A DNA stretch of 64,000 nt from Eledone cirrhosa (lineage: Eukaryota). The translations under genes were made by a program, and so were the position numbers. The notes beneath the pieces are model-generated. The model was not told the origin of the DNA and ran no database searches. It saw nothing but the letters and a program-made list of their open reading frames with translations. Positions 42,001 through 56,406 of the stretch are shown piece by piece. Within the stretch, counting starts at the first letter, position 1. Every line of letters starts with the position of its first letter. The stretch spans positions 382,292,001 to 382,356,000 of the forward strand of contig OZ024741.1 in the NCBI GenBank assembly GCA_964016885.1. The letters are read 5' to 3'.

Positions 42001-44311
42001 TGAAATTCACCGGTGATCTCCAGCAGTTGTCGACTTGGATGTTCACTTAGAGAATGGTCAACGCGTTTATTTCACTGAGGAAACCGCATCGGCTGCTTGC
42101 GAACAGCCACCCGACACGACGCTTACGGCATCTTTTAAGCTATGTTCTGTCGATACGTTTGCAGTTACACTTTTTTACGTCGATGTACCTACCTACTTCA
42201 CTTGGTCGAACAAGAAATGGCATCGGTGGTGACAAGGGGATAAGTTGAGGATTGGGTAGGTGTCTTCAGAGGTAATGCCATCGGACCCGTGTACAATGTT
42301 CATCCGAAGCAACAAGAATGCTTTTTCCTGCGAATGTTGCTGCATCAAATCAAAGGGCCCAAGTCATTCGCCGACCTAAGACTTTTCGATGGCCACATTT
42401 GTTCCAGTTAAAGGGACGCGTGCGTGAAGTGCGGGCTACTCGAGGATGATCCCCACCTGAACGTGGCGTAGACAGAGGCTGCTGAATGTAAGATGCCCTG
42501 AGAAATAAGACATCTGTTTTGCATAATGCTATTGTTCTGCGGCATAAGTGAGCCACTTAAGCTTTGGAAAACGCATAAGTACAACATGTCAGAGGACATC
42601 CTCCGTAGACTACGAGCAGAAGATCCAGCGGCTGGTTTTGCTTTCAACGACGCTGTGTACCATCAGGTCCTCATCAACATGGAAAACCATCTTAAATCTC
42701 TTGGAGTTTGATGTGTGTCTGATTTCTGTTTGCCACAACCTTGAAACACTCACAGTGCTTTAGATGTGGAGTTCGTGCGGAGTTAAATTACAACATCGAC
42801 AATATGACACATCAGACAGCTCAGAACGAATTCAGACTTTTGCATGACCAGAGACGGGCATATGACAGAATTCTCTCCAGTGTCAAATGAGAGACGGCTA
42901 TTTTTCATGGATGCTCCTGGCGGAACAGGAAAAACTTTTCTTATCAACATTTTTCTTGCGAAGCTACGAAAAGACAAGCGGATTTCTTTAGCGGTCTTCC
43001 CCAGTGGTATTGAGGTGACACTGTTACATGGCGGTCGTACGGCACACCCCGCATTCAAATTTCCTTTTGACATTGCAAAGAAGGAGAATCTTACATGTAG
43101 AATAGATCGTGGCGACTCTAACGCACATCTTTCTGAGTGCTGCCTGATCATATGGGACGAGGCCACCACGAGTCACAAGGCGGCCTTTGAAGCTCTGGAT
43201 CGAACTCTCAAGGACTTCCCTCGGACTCACGTGTCATGCGTGGAGCAACAGTACTGCTGGCCCGCGATTGCCGACAGACTCTTCCTTTTATCACTAGAGG
43301 CACTAGAGCTGACGACGTGAACGCATGCATTAAGTCGTCCTACGTATGGCAGTATGTCAACAAACTACATCTGACTACCAACATGAGAGTGCATGTGCAT
43401 GGTGACGCAGACTCCATCGATTTCTCAAAACATCTACTGGAAGTTGGTAATGGAACTACACCTGGAGTAGATGAAGAGCACATCCGTCTGCCTTTTGGGA
43501 ACTTTGTGTCAAACATTGGCGAATTAATATCATCTGTATTTCCAGACCTTGTATCACGTTTCCATGATCACACCTGCCTGAAAGGGAGAGCTATTTTGGC
43601 AACACACAATGCCACTGTTGACGTGATGAAACAAAAACTACTCGGTCAGATTCCCGGAAATGAAGTCTCCTTCAAGTAGATTGACACCAATAAAAACGCG
43701 GACGACGCCGTCATCCACCCAATTGAATTCTTCAACAGTCAACTACCTCCAGGACTTCCTCCTCATGATATGAAATTGAAGGTTGGTGTGCCAGTTATGC
43801 TGCTGAGAAACCTGGATGCACCAGAACTATGCAACGGAACGCGTTTAATCATCAGAAAAATAAGGACCCACATTCTGGAGACAACCATTTTGAGCGGACC
43901 CGGTGTTCGCGCTACCAGCTTAATTAACTATATGAGCCTTAATCCCTCTGACGTCCCCTATGAATTTACGCGACGGCAGTTTCCCATAAAACTCTGCTTT
44001 GCAATGAGCATTAAGAAAACACAAGGACAATCTCTGCAAGTGGTTGGCCTAAATCTAACACAGCAGGTATTTCCCATGGTCAACTATACGTCGGATGGTC
44101 CCGCGTCGGCAGTCCACACATTCTCTTCATTTGTGGTAACCCGGGCAACACCAGGAACGTTGTCTACAAAGAAGCCCTGCAATAACATCTTTGAACCCTA
44201 CTCCACCCAACGTCACTCTGTCAAACCACTCTTTTCACGTCGCCCTTCAACTTATGAACTTAATAAAAAGTTGCCCCGAGTACCTCGAGTGCAACCGGGC
44301 TCAGCTGCTAG
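39089..44311 (+). mobile_element. Helitron, near full length, RepHel pseudogenised
   Basis: Zn motif CQSC..CCSVGKV; Rep motifs FITFTCNP and VEWQKRGLSHAHILIW; PIF1 motifs DAPGGTGKTF, IIWDEA, LCNGTRL, FPIKLCFAMSIKKTQGQSL; GC-rich hairpin then CTAG|T at 44308-44312. The 5' end is approximate. Confidence 0.92.
39590..39950 (+). repeat. 69-bp coding tandem repeat (~5 units) in the Helitron N-terminus
   Basis: gagactc(c/t)(c/g)gaggc recurs near 39660, 39729, 39798, 39867 and 39927; encodes ETPEAREARL-like units. Confidence 0.85.
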
Positions 44312-44468
44312 TATATATATATAAGCAGAATAATTGGAAGAGAAGGCAATGCATTTAAAAACAAATTTACGTCTTACAGGGTGTTTCAACTACCGAATAT
44401 CAAAATAACAGTTCATACATATATGTGTGTGTGTGTATGCGTCATTATATACACATATATATATATAT

Positions 44469-44520
<52 letters not shown>

Positions 44521-45204
44521 TCTGTGTGAGTGTGTGTGTGTGTGTGTGTGAGCGTGTGTGCGCGTGTGGGTGTGTGTGGGTGTGTGTTTGTGTGTGGTTG
44601 TGTGTATCTGTATGTCTCTGTGTGCGTTCACTTATATATGTGGATGTATTTATAAGCATGTTTGTGTCTGTCTGAGCGTATTTGTGTATACCTAGTAACG
44701 TGTTTGTGTGTTAGATCACAGTAATATTGCGAACAAACTGAAGACTCCTTCCGTTAGGCTGTCAAGACAGAATTTCGTCTGTTTATTCTTGGACACTTTT
44801 CAGAAAGTCATGGCAAATAAATGCTTTCAAACAACGGATTTTTTTTATCAAACTGATGTAAACAAAAAGTTAGAGACTGATTGCTATCAAGGCTTAACAC
44901 AAAATCGTATGCAGACGCAAATGTTTACATACATAATATCACATTCCCACATATATGGCAAACATAAATGCATGTATACAGATGTTGATACAACTCAAGT
45001 GTGCATAGGGATTATGAGAAAATGGTTATATTATAGTAAATACACCAATATAAACTCAGTTATTTTCCGTATACAAACGCATATCTGTCGTTTGCTTACA
45101 ACAATAACACGGGCAGCTGACCAACGGAATGCGATACATTTGTATTGCAAAAGTACGTATGTCATGTGTTTGCCTTAAATACATTCGTTTATGTGCATAC
45201 ATTC

Positions 45205-45256
<52 letters not shown>

Positions 45257-45340
45257 AAACATTGAACGAGAACAAAACAGAGAGGCAGTACGAACAAAGG
45301 TTTATTAATTTCACGCTCTTGAGAGTGGGGTGGTGGTGAG

Positions 45341-45376
45341 GAACGACGTTTCGGGCATACGCCCTTCTTCAGCTGA
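45341..45376 (-). ncRNA. Minimal hammerhead motif
   Basis: Reverse complement reads agCTGAAGA-a-GGGC-gtat-GCCC-GAAACGTC-gtt; GA-rich pLTR-like context. Confidence 0.6.
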
Positions 45377-45506
45377 AAAGTGTGTGGGAAGAGAGTTCCA
45401 AGGGTGTGTAGTGGAGTGGGACAGAGACATTTAGAAAAAAGAGGGTGAGAGGAAACGGTACAAATTAAAATAAATATAAAAGCATAATACAAATTAAAAA
45501 AAAAAA

Positions 45507-45542
<36 letters not shown>

Positions 45543-45609
45543 ACGTATGTATATGTATATATGTTATATATATGAAATTACAATTTAGCTTCAGGAAGTT
45601 TTGTATACA

Positions 45610-45900
45610 GATATGTATTGTAATTTCGTGTTTGAGAAGAAATACAGTATGTTTATAATAAACATTTAGAGAGCCGTAACTATGCCAAAACACCAGCGAC
45701 TAATGACGACTGGCGGTGTCCAGCAGAAGGAAGGGGGACAATCGTGGATGTGCATTTCGAACTGATTACTACCCCTTGCTTCTGCTGCACACCGCCAGAG
45801 GGTGTTAATTTCTGGTGATTTGTCATAGCTACGACTCTCTAAATGTTTATTATAAACATATCGTTATTGCTTCTGAAATGCGAAATTCTAATACATATAT
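45610..45900. mobile_element. MITE-like fold-back
   Basis: tatgtttataataaacatttagagag..caccag pairs with ctggtg..ctctctaaatgtttattataaacata; inner ctggcggtgt/acaccgccag. Confidence 0.65.
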
Positions 45901-46170
45901 AGAAACAAGTAATGCACCAAGAAAAATATAAATGTCGGCGTGAAGGAGATTAGGAATTTATTCGTTTTATCATATGTGTCTATTATAATAATCTACATGT
46001 GCTGACTACACTATATATTGTTCAATCATTTGCAATACATAATTATTTATCACACTTCATCAGAACGCCTATAGTAGTGGAAGTATCTATTCACTACGCG
46101 GTAGATTGCAGCAATAGGATTTTCGATAAATAACATGTTAATAAGTTAGAATGACAATAAAAATAGAATG

Positions 46171-46238
<68 letters not shown>

Positions 46239-47109
46239 ATACTTTGGAAGGGGCATATTCTTATAATATTGCGAGAAATAACAGCAAAACACTCAAAAAC
46301 CTTGCAAAACAAATTCCCATACATATATACATATATTACATATATATTCAAATGTGCATACGAGATACGTAGGACATTGAAATTTAACTTTTTTGCCTTA
46401 AGGTAGTAAAAGCTTAATGTATTTAAGCAATACCTTTTTTTAAAGAAAGAGGTGGTTGGTTTTCGTTTGCATTGGAAAGAGTTTCCTCTGAATTTATTTT
46501 GATTTATTCTTAACTTTCTTTATTTGCTAGTCATCGAAGGAAATGTTGATATATTTGGCATGAGGTAGTAATTTTTTGTGAATGTAAAGGGTATATAATT
46601 TTGCATTGAAGCCGCAGAACCTTAAACTGTATGCTATGATGACGTACGTAGAATTTAGCTTTAAACACTTGTTCGTATTTGATTGACAGTTACTATGTTT
46701 TTTTAATTCTATTTCTGTAACCTCCCTAATTTGCCTAATTGCTGAGTCATTCCTATGTTTAGATATTAACAGATATGTTGTCTATTTTACCATCATGCTT
46801 GAGTCTGGCATGTCCATTTAGTACTAAATTGTATTTTAGTTCACTGCAGTGTTGATCCATCATCTCTGCTATGCTACGGGATGTGTCTCCTATGTACGTC
46901 GTTGTCATGTTTATGCAGGCACACTCTGTACATCTTATGTTATAGCCTACGTTTCTAGTTTACAATTTATTTGTGAAATTAACTCTACATATTATACATT
47001 TCTTATTTGTACAGCGCATTTTCTTAAAAGGGTAAGTTTACTGATTATAGATTTTATGGTAGTACCTGGCTTTTCAAACAATTTAATATTTAAATAGATT
47101 GTTTTTAGT

Positions 47110-48480
47110 GTCTTTCTAAATCCACAAGCTTCCTGACAATATGAAAGCAGGAGTTAATGACAATGGTTCCCTTTATGTTTCTGGCCCCTACCTTGTTCTC
47201 GTTGTATACTTCAGTTGTTCTTGTTAAATCATTTGAGGATGTGATGCTGGAGATATGTTAGGTACAGGATTACTGGGAAGCTATTTAATTTTCGCCGTAT
47301 TTCTGCCAAGTGTGGAACTTTTGAAGTAATATTAATGGTTTGGGATCTTTTTTACACTAATGATTTTGGCCTTGTTCACATTTACAAAAATGTATGTAGA
47401 TTCTACTTTGATCTAAAGATTAGTTTGTGTGAGACACCAGTTATGTTTTCTCCGGCACCTTGTAATAAAACATTTTTTATGGAGCTTGTCTGGCTGTTCT
47501 TAATAGCATTTTCTTTTATCTAGGAATTACAATTTCAGGAGTTGTGTCGCTAGATGAAAAGGGAATTAGGAAAGTGTTGATCAGAATACGGTAGTATACA
47601 GAGAGTATGGTCCTAGCGTAACATACAATGATCAACAAAAATATCTACGTTTGTATGTCTCCAACACATAAAAAAATCACAGAAATCACATAAAGTCATT
47701 AGAATATTTTCTTCAGAACTGTATTAGACAGATTCTGGGAGTGAAATGTAAAAGGTTTACACATGATACAGTTGTGCTTCAATATGCTAGGAGCATAAGT
47801 AAAGAAACACATTTGTTGAAATGTAGCTTGCTTTGGGTTGGGCACTTTGTTTGGTTTGTGAATAAGAAAATGCCAAATCAATTGTTGAATGGAGAACTAA
47901 ACATATGTGTGTGTGTGTGACAGTTCCCACCTTTGCATGTTTAGCTGGCCTCCTCCAAGGTATATCTCGTTGGAGGTCTCTTGGGTAATTTAATGATAGG
48001 GTGCCCAGTCATATCATCGCATTTCTACAGCTGAGTAAAAGGAGAAACGTGAAATAAAGTGTCTTGCCCAAGGAAACAACACATCACCCGGTCCGAGAAT
48101 TGAACTCACAACCCTTCGATTGCAAGCCCAATGCTCTAACCACTAAGCCATGCGCCTTCACAATTAAACATATGGATGCAAATCAATAACTGATTTTGCG
48201 ACAAGATAAAAAATAACTTGAAAATATTCTAAGTTGCATTAGACAAATGGGAAACTGCTGTGTGTGATAGGGTTTTAGTAGGGTTTTAAGAAGGAAAACT
48301 CTGTATGAGAGGGCGGAAAATTCATATGATTTATAGGTATTGAACATAGCAAGCTGAAATATGTGTCATTGAGCTATCTAAATGTAGTTTGTCGGACGAA
48401 GAGCTGACGTGTTCAGTTTGTGGCCGGGTTCTTCCGTCTAAAGATGGATATATAGTAAATTTTAAAAATAATGAGTGAGG
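47110..48480 (+). mobile_element. Highly decayed RTE-type LINE (RT to C2H2 end)
   Basis: Remnants resembling DNMKAGVNDNG, LAPTLF, FLQNCIRQILGVK, PNQLLNGEL, CSVCGRV. Confidence 0.5.
47920..48162 (-). mobile_element. tRNA-derived CORE-type SINE
   Basis: Reverse complement: ggcgcaTGGCTTAGTGGttagagc..GAGTTCAATTC..tccttgggcaagacacttt. Confidence 0.8.
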
Positions 48481-49749
48481 TAAAAAACTGGAATACTAAA
48501 AAAAAACAGGTTAATGATGCAACCTTATCTGTCCATGTGTATTATATATGTGTAATATATGCAGGTCTAAATCAGACATAAACGTAATGTTAATAAAATT
48601 CAAGTAGGTGAGCATGTTGTTTCGTTGGTGGCTAACGGTGATGTCTTCTATATGACATTCAAAGTAACGCATTTGCTGATTTGAAAAAGCCACTATAGTG
48701 CTCATCATGGTGGCAGTAGCACGTACTTATCACATAAAGAATAAAGTATTTAAGCTCGAAATGAAGTAGAACCATCATGTACGCACATATTTGAAAGCGC
48801 CCTTTCATGTTTGTGTGCATGGTACTTTTCTAAAATCAGATTTTAAGAATCAATGCCACACTTCACAATTTCTTACAGGTATCTATGTTTCAACTGTGTA
48901 GTATAGAGTATCGATTCAAAAACAGTAATTGCGAATGTTTCTTCTGGTGTTAACTAACTGCTATTGAAATATTGATAGGCTCCCTGTTGACAGAAATAGG
49001 AATTATTCTGTTGATTATATTTCACAATTTCAAATACATACATACGTACAGCATATATATATATATATACATATATACATATATGTATATATATATACAT
49101 TCATATATATATATATATATATATAGTAAGAAGTGAACTGGCAGCGCAGGAGAAGTATTTGATAAAGTTACATCTGTATAAATACAGAACCTATAACCGG
49201 GACTGCTCCAAAGTCTATAAATATACACACGTGTCTAATATGTAGGCTTGTAAACATATCAGAATATAGGAATTTCCCTGAAAACTGAGAAAATAATAAA
49301 CGTGTTTAATCGATGTTCAGACCTAATGGGACCACAATCCGAAGACATGTATAATCATCAAATCAACCATAAGAAATATGTATATGATGGGTGTATTTAA
49401 CCATCCACCTTTATTATTATTTACAAATGGACGTACTGATGTGCATATAATTAGCGCCCGTGTTGGTATTTAATTAAGATAAATAGTAAGAAGTTTACTC
49501 GGAGCCGAAGTATATGATAAAGTTATGTATGTATACATAGTGTGTTGGTAACCGAGATTATACCAACGTGTATACATATATACATTTAAATAATATGTGG
49601 GCATGTAAACATGACACACAATACGAATGTCTCTGTAAATCATACAATTAAGGAAAAGGCAACATATATGTGGCGCGTATATCTGCCCACTCACTTTTAT
49701 TCGCAGAAGCGGTAGAGATACAGACACCTTGTTTTGCATAGAGGTATGG

Positions 49750-49882
49750 CCCTTTATGTTCTGAGTTCAAATCTTGCCGTGATTTACTCTACTTTCCATC
49801 CTTATGGGATCAATAAAATAAACTACGAGTAATGCAATTGGGTAATTGCTGTCATTGTACTAAATTAGAAACAACTATTATT
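49750..49882 (+). mobile_element. Diverged partial Meta-domain SINE
   Basis: ctgagttcaaatc..tttccatccttatgggatcaataaaataaa..agaaacaactatta. Confidence 0.7.
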
Positions 49883-51599
49883 CCGAAACGGACGTTCTAA
49901 TTTTTAATAGTTATGATCTATGTCTCACGGAAATCATAGAGATCACTAAGAGTGAGCCTCATGTAAATATGTAGGAGAACTGATTTCTTCCGAACCTGCC
50001 CTCACATATTATCGATAAGCTTAACATTCCATAGATATTATTTGTCATTCTACAAAATACCTAATAGCAGAGCTGTTAACCTCATTGAAACTGAAATTCA
50101 TGTGCGTACACTCCATAGATTGATAACTTAGTTAACTAACTAAAAGGGTATTATGCTGCCAACCTTTTCAAAGATAAATTATAACCAGACTGAGTTAGGT
50201 CTCATTTAGTTCCGGTTATTACAACCCAATTCATTCATGACTGCAGCTTTGATTGATGACGATATGCTTCAAGCACTTTATACATAATAGTCATGGCTCT
50301 ACACAATTATTGTTTATTCTTGCATCTATCCTTTTGATAAGGACACCCGACATGTATTATCTTTATATTCTAATCTCCAATTGTTTCTTTTACTTCAACT
50401 TACAATTTATACTCCATCCTTATATTATGCATCGCCATATATACTGATTTACGCGAATATCGATATTTAAACATACTTATTTACTCCTGCAGTCGCTTAC
50501 TTATACTTCGCTTCAAATATTTTACTGCTCACTTTTATTCCTATACCGTACGCTTAATCTATTCCATATTCCACATGAACTCTAAATGATTATCCGTTTA
50601 CTTACCTAACGTTATCAGTCTCGCACTCATAAATATATAAATTAATTAACCTATATTTCCTCCGACAGCATACACAACGTAGATACAAAAGGACCGACAC
50701 ATTCTCATACTTATTGTTTGTATCGTGATTTTCCATAAATGGCAGGAAATACAAGTAGACGGCACACAAGATACTAACCACAGGAACACCATTAGCGAAT
50801 ACTGGCTAAACAACACCATAAAACTTATGTAAGGAAATCCTTTCTATTAATTGAAACACCGCAACATGAAAATAAAAAAAATCCAAACATAATTGTTATT
50901 TTACTAAGTGTAGTAATTGGGTGCATTAAATAAACTCATCAATCAAGATAAGGTCTAAACGTCTTGAATGTTGGTAAAACTGGAACGAACTGAGAACAGC
51001 AACCTTTACAACCCACCCACTAGCATACTGAGAGAAATTGAAAACCACTATCACTATATACTTTATGCTGACTGAATTTCGGACAACCGCTATGAAATAT
51101 TCCATATTCGAAATATCGCATACATTATTATTTCCTCTCTTACATGTTAGACTCTACTAATTTTTCTTTAACAAATCTGATATATGCATAGCAGGCTTTA
51201 TTTAAATATCTTATGTATTCAAGTGTAGTACCGTTTCTTCTGAACATATACGACTGCCAAATCGTAATCATCTAGTTTTGTTCGCCGAAAATAATACAGA
51301 AATACACTGAGTGATCGAAAAGAAGATGCATTCCTCTCATAAAGTTTGAATTGCCGAGAAAATGTCTTCATTGAAAAAGAAATTATATTTTGAATGTAAA
51401 CAAACTGTTCAAAGGACCATGTGGAAAAATATTAATTGTGGTCATCAAAAGTTTGAAGCTCAGCTGCTATTGAAAGGAGACAAAGGCCTTAGAATAGATG
51501 CAAAAGACTTCCTTGAAGGCAAAGAATAGGTTTATTTGCTCTCCGCAACGTGTCTTCACTGGGATTAGCCTCATATGGATCTACTTTGCTAACAGATAA

Positions 51600-52290
51600 A
51601 AATGATATTCTCAATCGCTCGAAGGAATCCTAGGAAACATTTCGGAATTTGCCATTTCTGAATTAGACTTTGCCCCAACATAGGCCGAAGTTGACAGCTC
51701 TAAAATATGTGGTAAGAGGTAAATCACCTGATGGTAATGCAATACCAGGTGAGATGTACACATATGAAGGTAATATACTTGAGCACAAGCTCTTGGAAGT
51801 TTCACTTTTGATATGGATTAATAGTCAGGTTCCTCGGGAATTTAAAGACTCGTCCATTAGTCATCTATTTAGACAAACAAGAAAAATGACTTCTGTGGCA
51901 ATCATCAGTGTACATTTCTGCTTCCTGTGGAGAATAAAAACATTGCTCGAGTTGTTCTTAAAAGAACACAAACTCACCTGGTAGATGATATTTATCCTGA
52001 ATCAGTCATTTCAGTGGTAGGCGAAAACCAATAAACACGTTATATTACTTGAGGCAAGTTGCAGAGAAAGTACTGGAAAAAAAACAGTGAACTCTGTATA
52101 TTCTTTCTTTATTCAACATAATGCGTGATGCTTTCTGGTCAATGCTGCAGACGATTGGTATTCCTAATATGATGCTTAGTTTTATAATATTTTTCCTTGA
52201 AAACATCCAAGTTTCTTTTAGGTGAGATGGCAGTTCATCAGATCCTTTTCGATTAAGAGCAAAGGTTCGCAATGGCCTTTATTTTGTTTG
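51600..52290 (+). mobile_element. Decayed RTE-type RT fragment
   Basis: ORF 51670-51984: GKSPDGNAIPGEMY..LIW..VPREFKDSSISHLFR. Confidence 0.6.
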
Positions 52291-52374
52291 CTATATATAC
52301 AAAGGGGGTTAATCAGCCCAACATAAAAACTATGTTTTCGCCTATTTCAAATTGCAGCAGCTAGCAGTGCTGCG

Positions 52375-52413
52375 CTGTTCTGATGAGATCCAGAGCCAGA
52401 AACGCGTTGGCAG
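52375..52413 (+). ncRNA. Minimal hammerhead-like motif
   Basis: ctgtt-CTGATGA-gatccagagcca-GAAAC-gc-GTT-ggcag; stem I pairs, stem II is weak. Confidence 0.5.
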
Positions 52414-52544
52414 TTGTCCCTTCAACATTATTCCTAAGCAAACTGTATATCAATATATACACGAAATTCACATGTTTATATGTATACATCTAAGTATTTG
52501 CGAATAACTATAATTCTCTCTTTCTCTCTCCCACTTTCTCTCTC

Positions 52545-53324
<780 letters not shown>

Positions 53325-53362
53325 TATATATATATATATATATATATAAATATATATATATG

Positions 53363-53448
<86 letters not shown>

Positions 53449-53481
53449 AAAATATACATACATACATACATACATATATGG

Positions 53482-53522
<41 letters not shown>

Positions 53523-53538
53523 TACATACATACATACA

Positions 53539-53617
<79 letters not shown>

Positions 53618-53620
<3 letters not shown>

Positions 53621-54748
53621 AGACGTAAAATAAGAAAATTATAAAATTAACTTACTTACTAAAATATCACTTCCAACTAATTAGTTTCTGAAATGGAATA
53701 AATATATTTTCCGAAGAAAACATAAAGAATCATTTCGTCGCCAGGGAAGACTATTCTCATCTAAGTATCCAGGCAAAGCGGGGACTCTAGAAACTTATTC
53801 AAAAATAATTAAGTCGATAGAAAATAGCAAAGCGTGGACTGAATTCCTAGCCATTGAGAAAATCACTGCCTCTGCGTCGGTGGCAAATTCAAAAAGAATC
53901 AATCACGTGACATCGAGGTCAATCAGTGGAAAGTGGTTTACTAATAAGACAGCAGCCTGTCAGCTACTATAGCAGCAGTCGTGGCCAATATTGCTCGACA
54001 AATAATTTGGAGTTAATTATAAAGAATTATATCTAGTAACATATATATACATACAGATGCATATCAATGCTAGCAAATATATAGGTTTTGTCTTATTAAC
54101 TTTGTGGTTCAAAGCATGGGGTTGCAGAACAATAATATGAGAGACGTAAAATAAGAAAATTATAAAATTAACTTACTTACTAAAATATCACTTCCAACTA
54201 ATTAGTTTCTGTAAAGGAATAAATATATTTTCCGAAGAAAACATAAAGAATCATTTCGTCGTCAGGGAAGACTATTCTCATCTAAGTATCCAGGCAAAGC
54301 GGGGACTCTGGAAACTTATTCAAAAATAATTCAGTGGATAGAAAATAGCAAAGCGTGGACTGAATTCCTAGCCATTGAGAAAATCACTGCCTCTGCGTCG
54401 GTGGCAAATTCAAAAAGAATCAATCACGTGACATCGAGGTTAATCAGTGGAAAGTGGTTTGCTAATAAGACAGCGGCCTGCCTGCTACCATAGCAGCAGT
54501 CGTGGCCAATATTGCTCGACAAATAATTTGGAGATAATTATAAAGAATTAATATCTAGTAACATATATATACATACAGATTCATATCAATGCTAGCAAAT
54601 ATATATGTTTTGTCTTATTAACTTTGTGGTTCAATGCATGGGGTTGCAGAACAATAATATGAGAGACGTAAAATAAGAAAATTATAAAACTAACTTACTT
54701 ACTAAAATATCACTTCCAACTAATTAGTTTCTGAAATGGAATAAATAC
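53618..54748. repeat. ~522-bp tandem repeat, ~2.2 units
   Basis: gagacgtaaaataagaaaatt at 53620, 54141 and 54663; flanked by (TA)n. Confidence 0.9.
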
Positions 54749-54819
54749 ATATATATATATATATTTATATATATCTATCTATATATATATAAATATACAT
54801 ACATACATACATATATGCA

Positions 54820-54900
<81 letters not shown>

Positions 54901-54902
<2 letters not shown>

Positions 54903-55424
54903 CGTTTCTGAATTTGTTTAGCAATATCCTTTATCTGAAAACGTGTGTTGAAACCGATATTGTTATGCTTTGGGAGTCTCATGTTGCCAATAAGAAACAC
55001 ACGCACCAGTTTCTTTCACTCCAATTCATTATAAATTAAATTTATAAATTTAAGAATTTATAAATTTCCGGTTGGTTGGTGGGTTCTATAACCGGACGGT
55101 TGTTCATACATTGTCAAAGTTCTTTCGTCACACATTATGTGACCTCTTCAGTGACTGGGGATTGTTTTCTTTTTTTTTCTGCCTCTCCTTTGTTCTGTCC
55201 TACGCCATCTTGTTTTTCAAGATGGCTTAGGACAGAAGAAAGGAGAGGTCACATAATGTGTGACGAAAGAACTTTGACAATATATGAACAGCCGTCCGGT
55301 TAGGGAACCAACCAACCAACCGGAAATTTATACATTCTTAAATTTATAAATTTAATTCATAATAAATTGGAGTGAAAGCATTTGGTACGTGTATTTCTTA
55401 TTGGCAACATGACCCTCCCAAAGC
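54901..55424. repeat. Family X fold-back
   Basis: ~54965-55207 pairs with 55223-55424 around tcttgtttttcaaga. Confidence 0.8.
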
Positions 55425-56305
55425 ATATATATATATATTGATATATACATATATACATTCACTTAAACCACTTGATACACCCACGCACAGACTCATATGT
55501 GTGTGTGTTCGCCTGTGTGTGTCTATGTGTATATGTGTGTGTGTCTGTGTGTCTATGTGTATGTGTGTGTAAGTTGTTCGTGTTTGTTTGTGGTTGTATC
55601 AAGTGGTTTAAATGACTGTTATCATATCTAAATGTATTTGACATTCGAATGAGAATATTAAGAATTTGGCAGAGTTTGCCTGTTTTGAATAGACCTATTC
55701 CATCAATATCTAACATTTTAACCTTGTCCTTCCTGTTAAACCCTAAATGCTTATAGCACTATGTGCTCCTTTTGTCCTAGGTTTTCATAGCTAGGTAGAA
55801 TGGCGTATTTAAGAATTGCTGGGGCAGAAGAAACAACATATCTGCCAAATACTTTCCCAAAATATCTCCTCAGAATCTTCTTAAGCAGCACATTGCTACA
55901 CCGAAAATGAACAAGAGTATTCACAAACATTTCCGATACAGTGTCAAGTAATCACTGAGAGCTTGAAGTGAACTAGTTTAGTTTCCGTTCAGGAAAGCGT
56001 TACTGCAGTCGGATATCTTATATTCAGAATATAATTTCCAAATGTCAATTATTTGATCGAACTACTGAGCAGAACCAAAGAATTCTCAATGCTTCACTAA
56101 AAGAAGAAATTGATCGAAAATTTGATGTCAGGTAAACTTTGCGATAAACACTGTATCGCATTGCTAATATGTTTTTCAGTCCCAAAATATAACTAGATTT
56201 CCGGCTGTCATAGATTCGGTAATGGATATCTTATAAATGTTCGAAATATTGGTACTTAGATGATATATGAAGCTTGATAAACTCATACATGTATGCACCT
56301 ACACG

Positions 56306-56406
<101 letters not shown>

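Noticed and set aside
48090-48162. tRNA gene
   Set aside because: A/B boxes run straight into a CORE-like SINE body; no complete cloverleaf.
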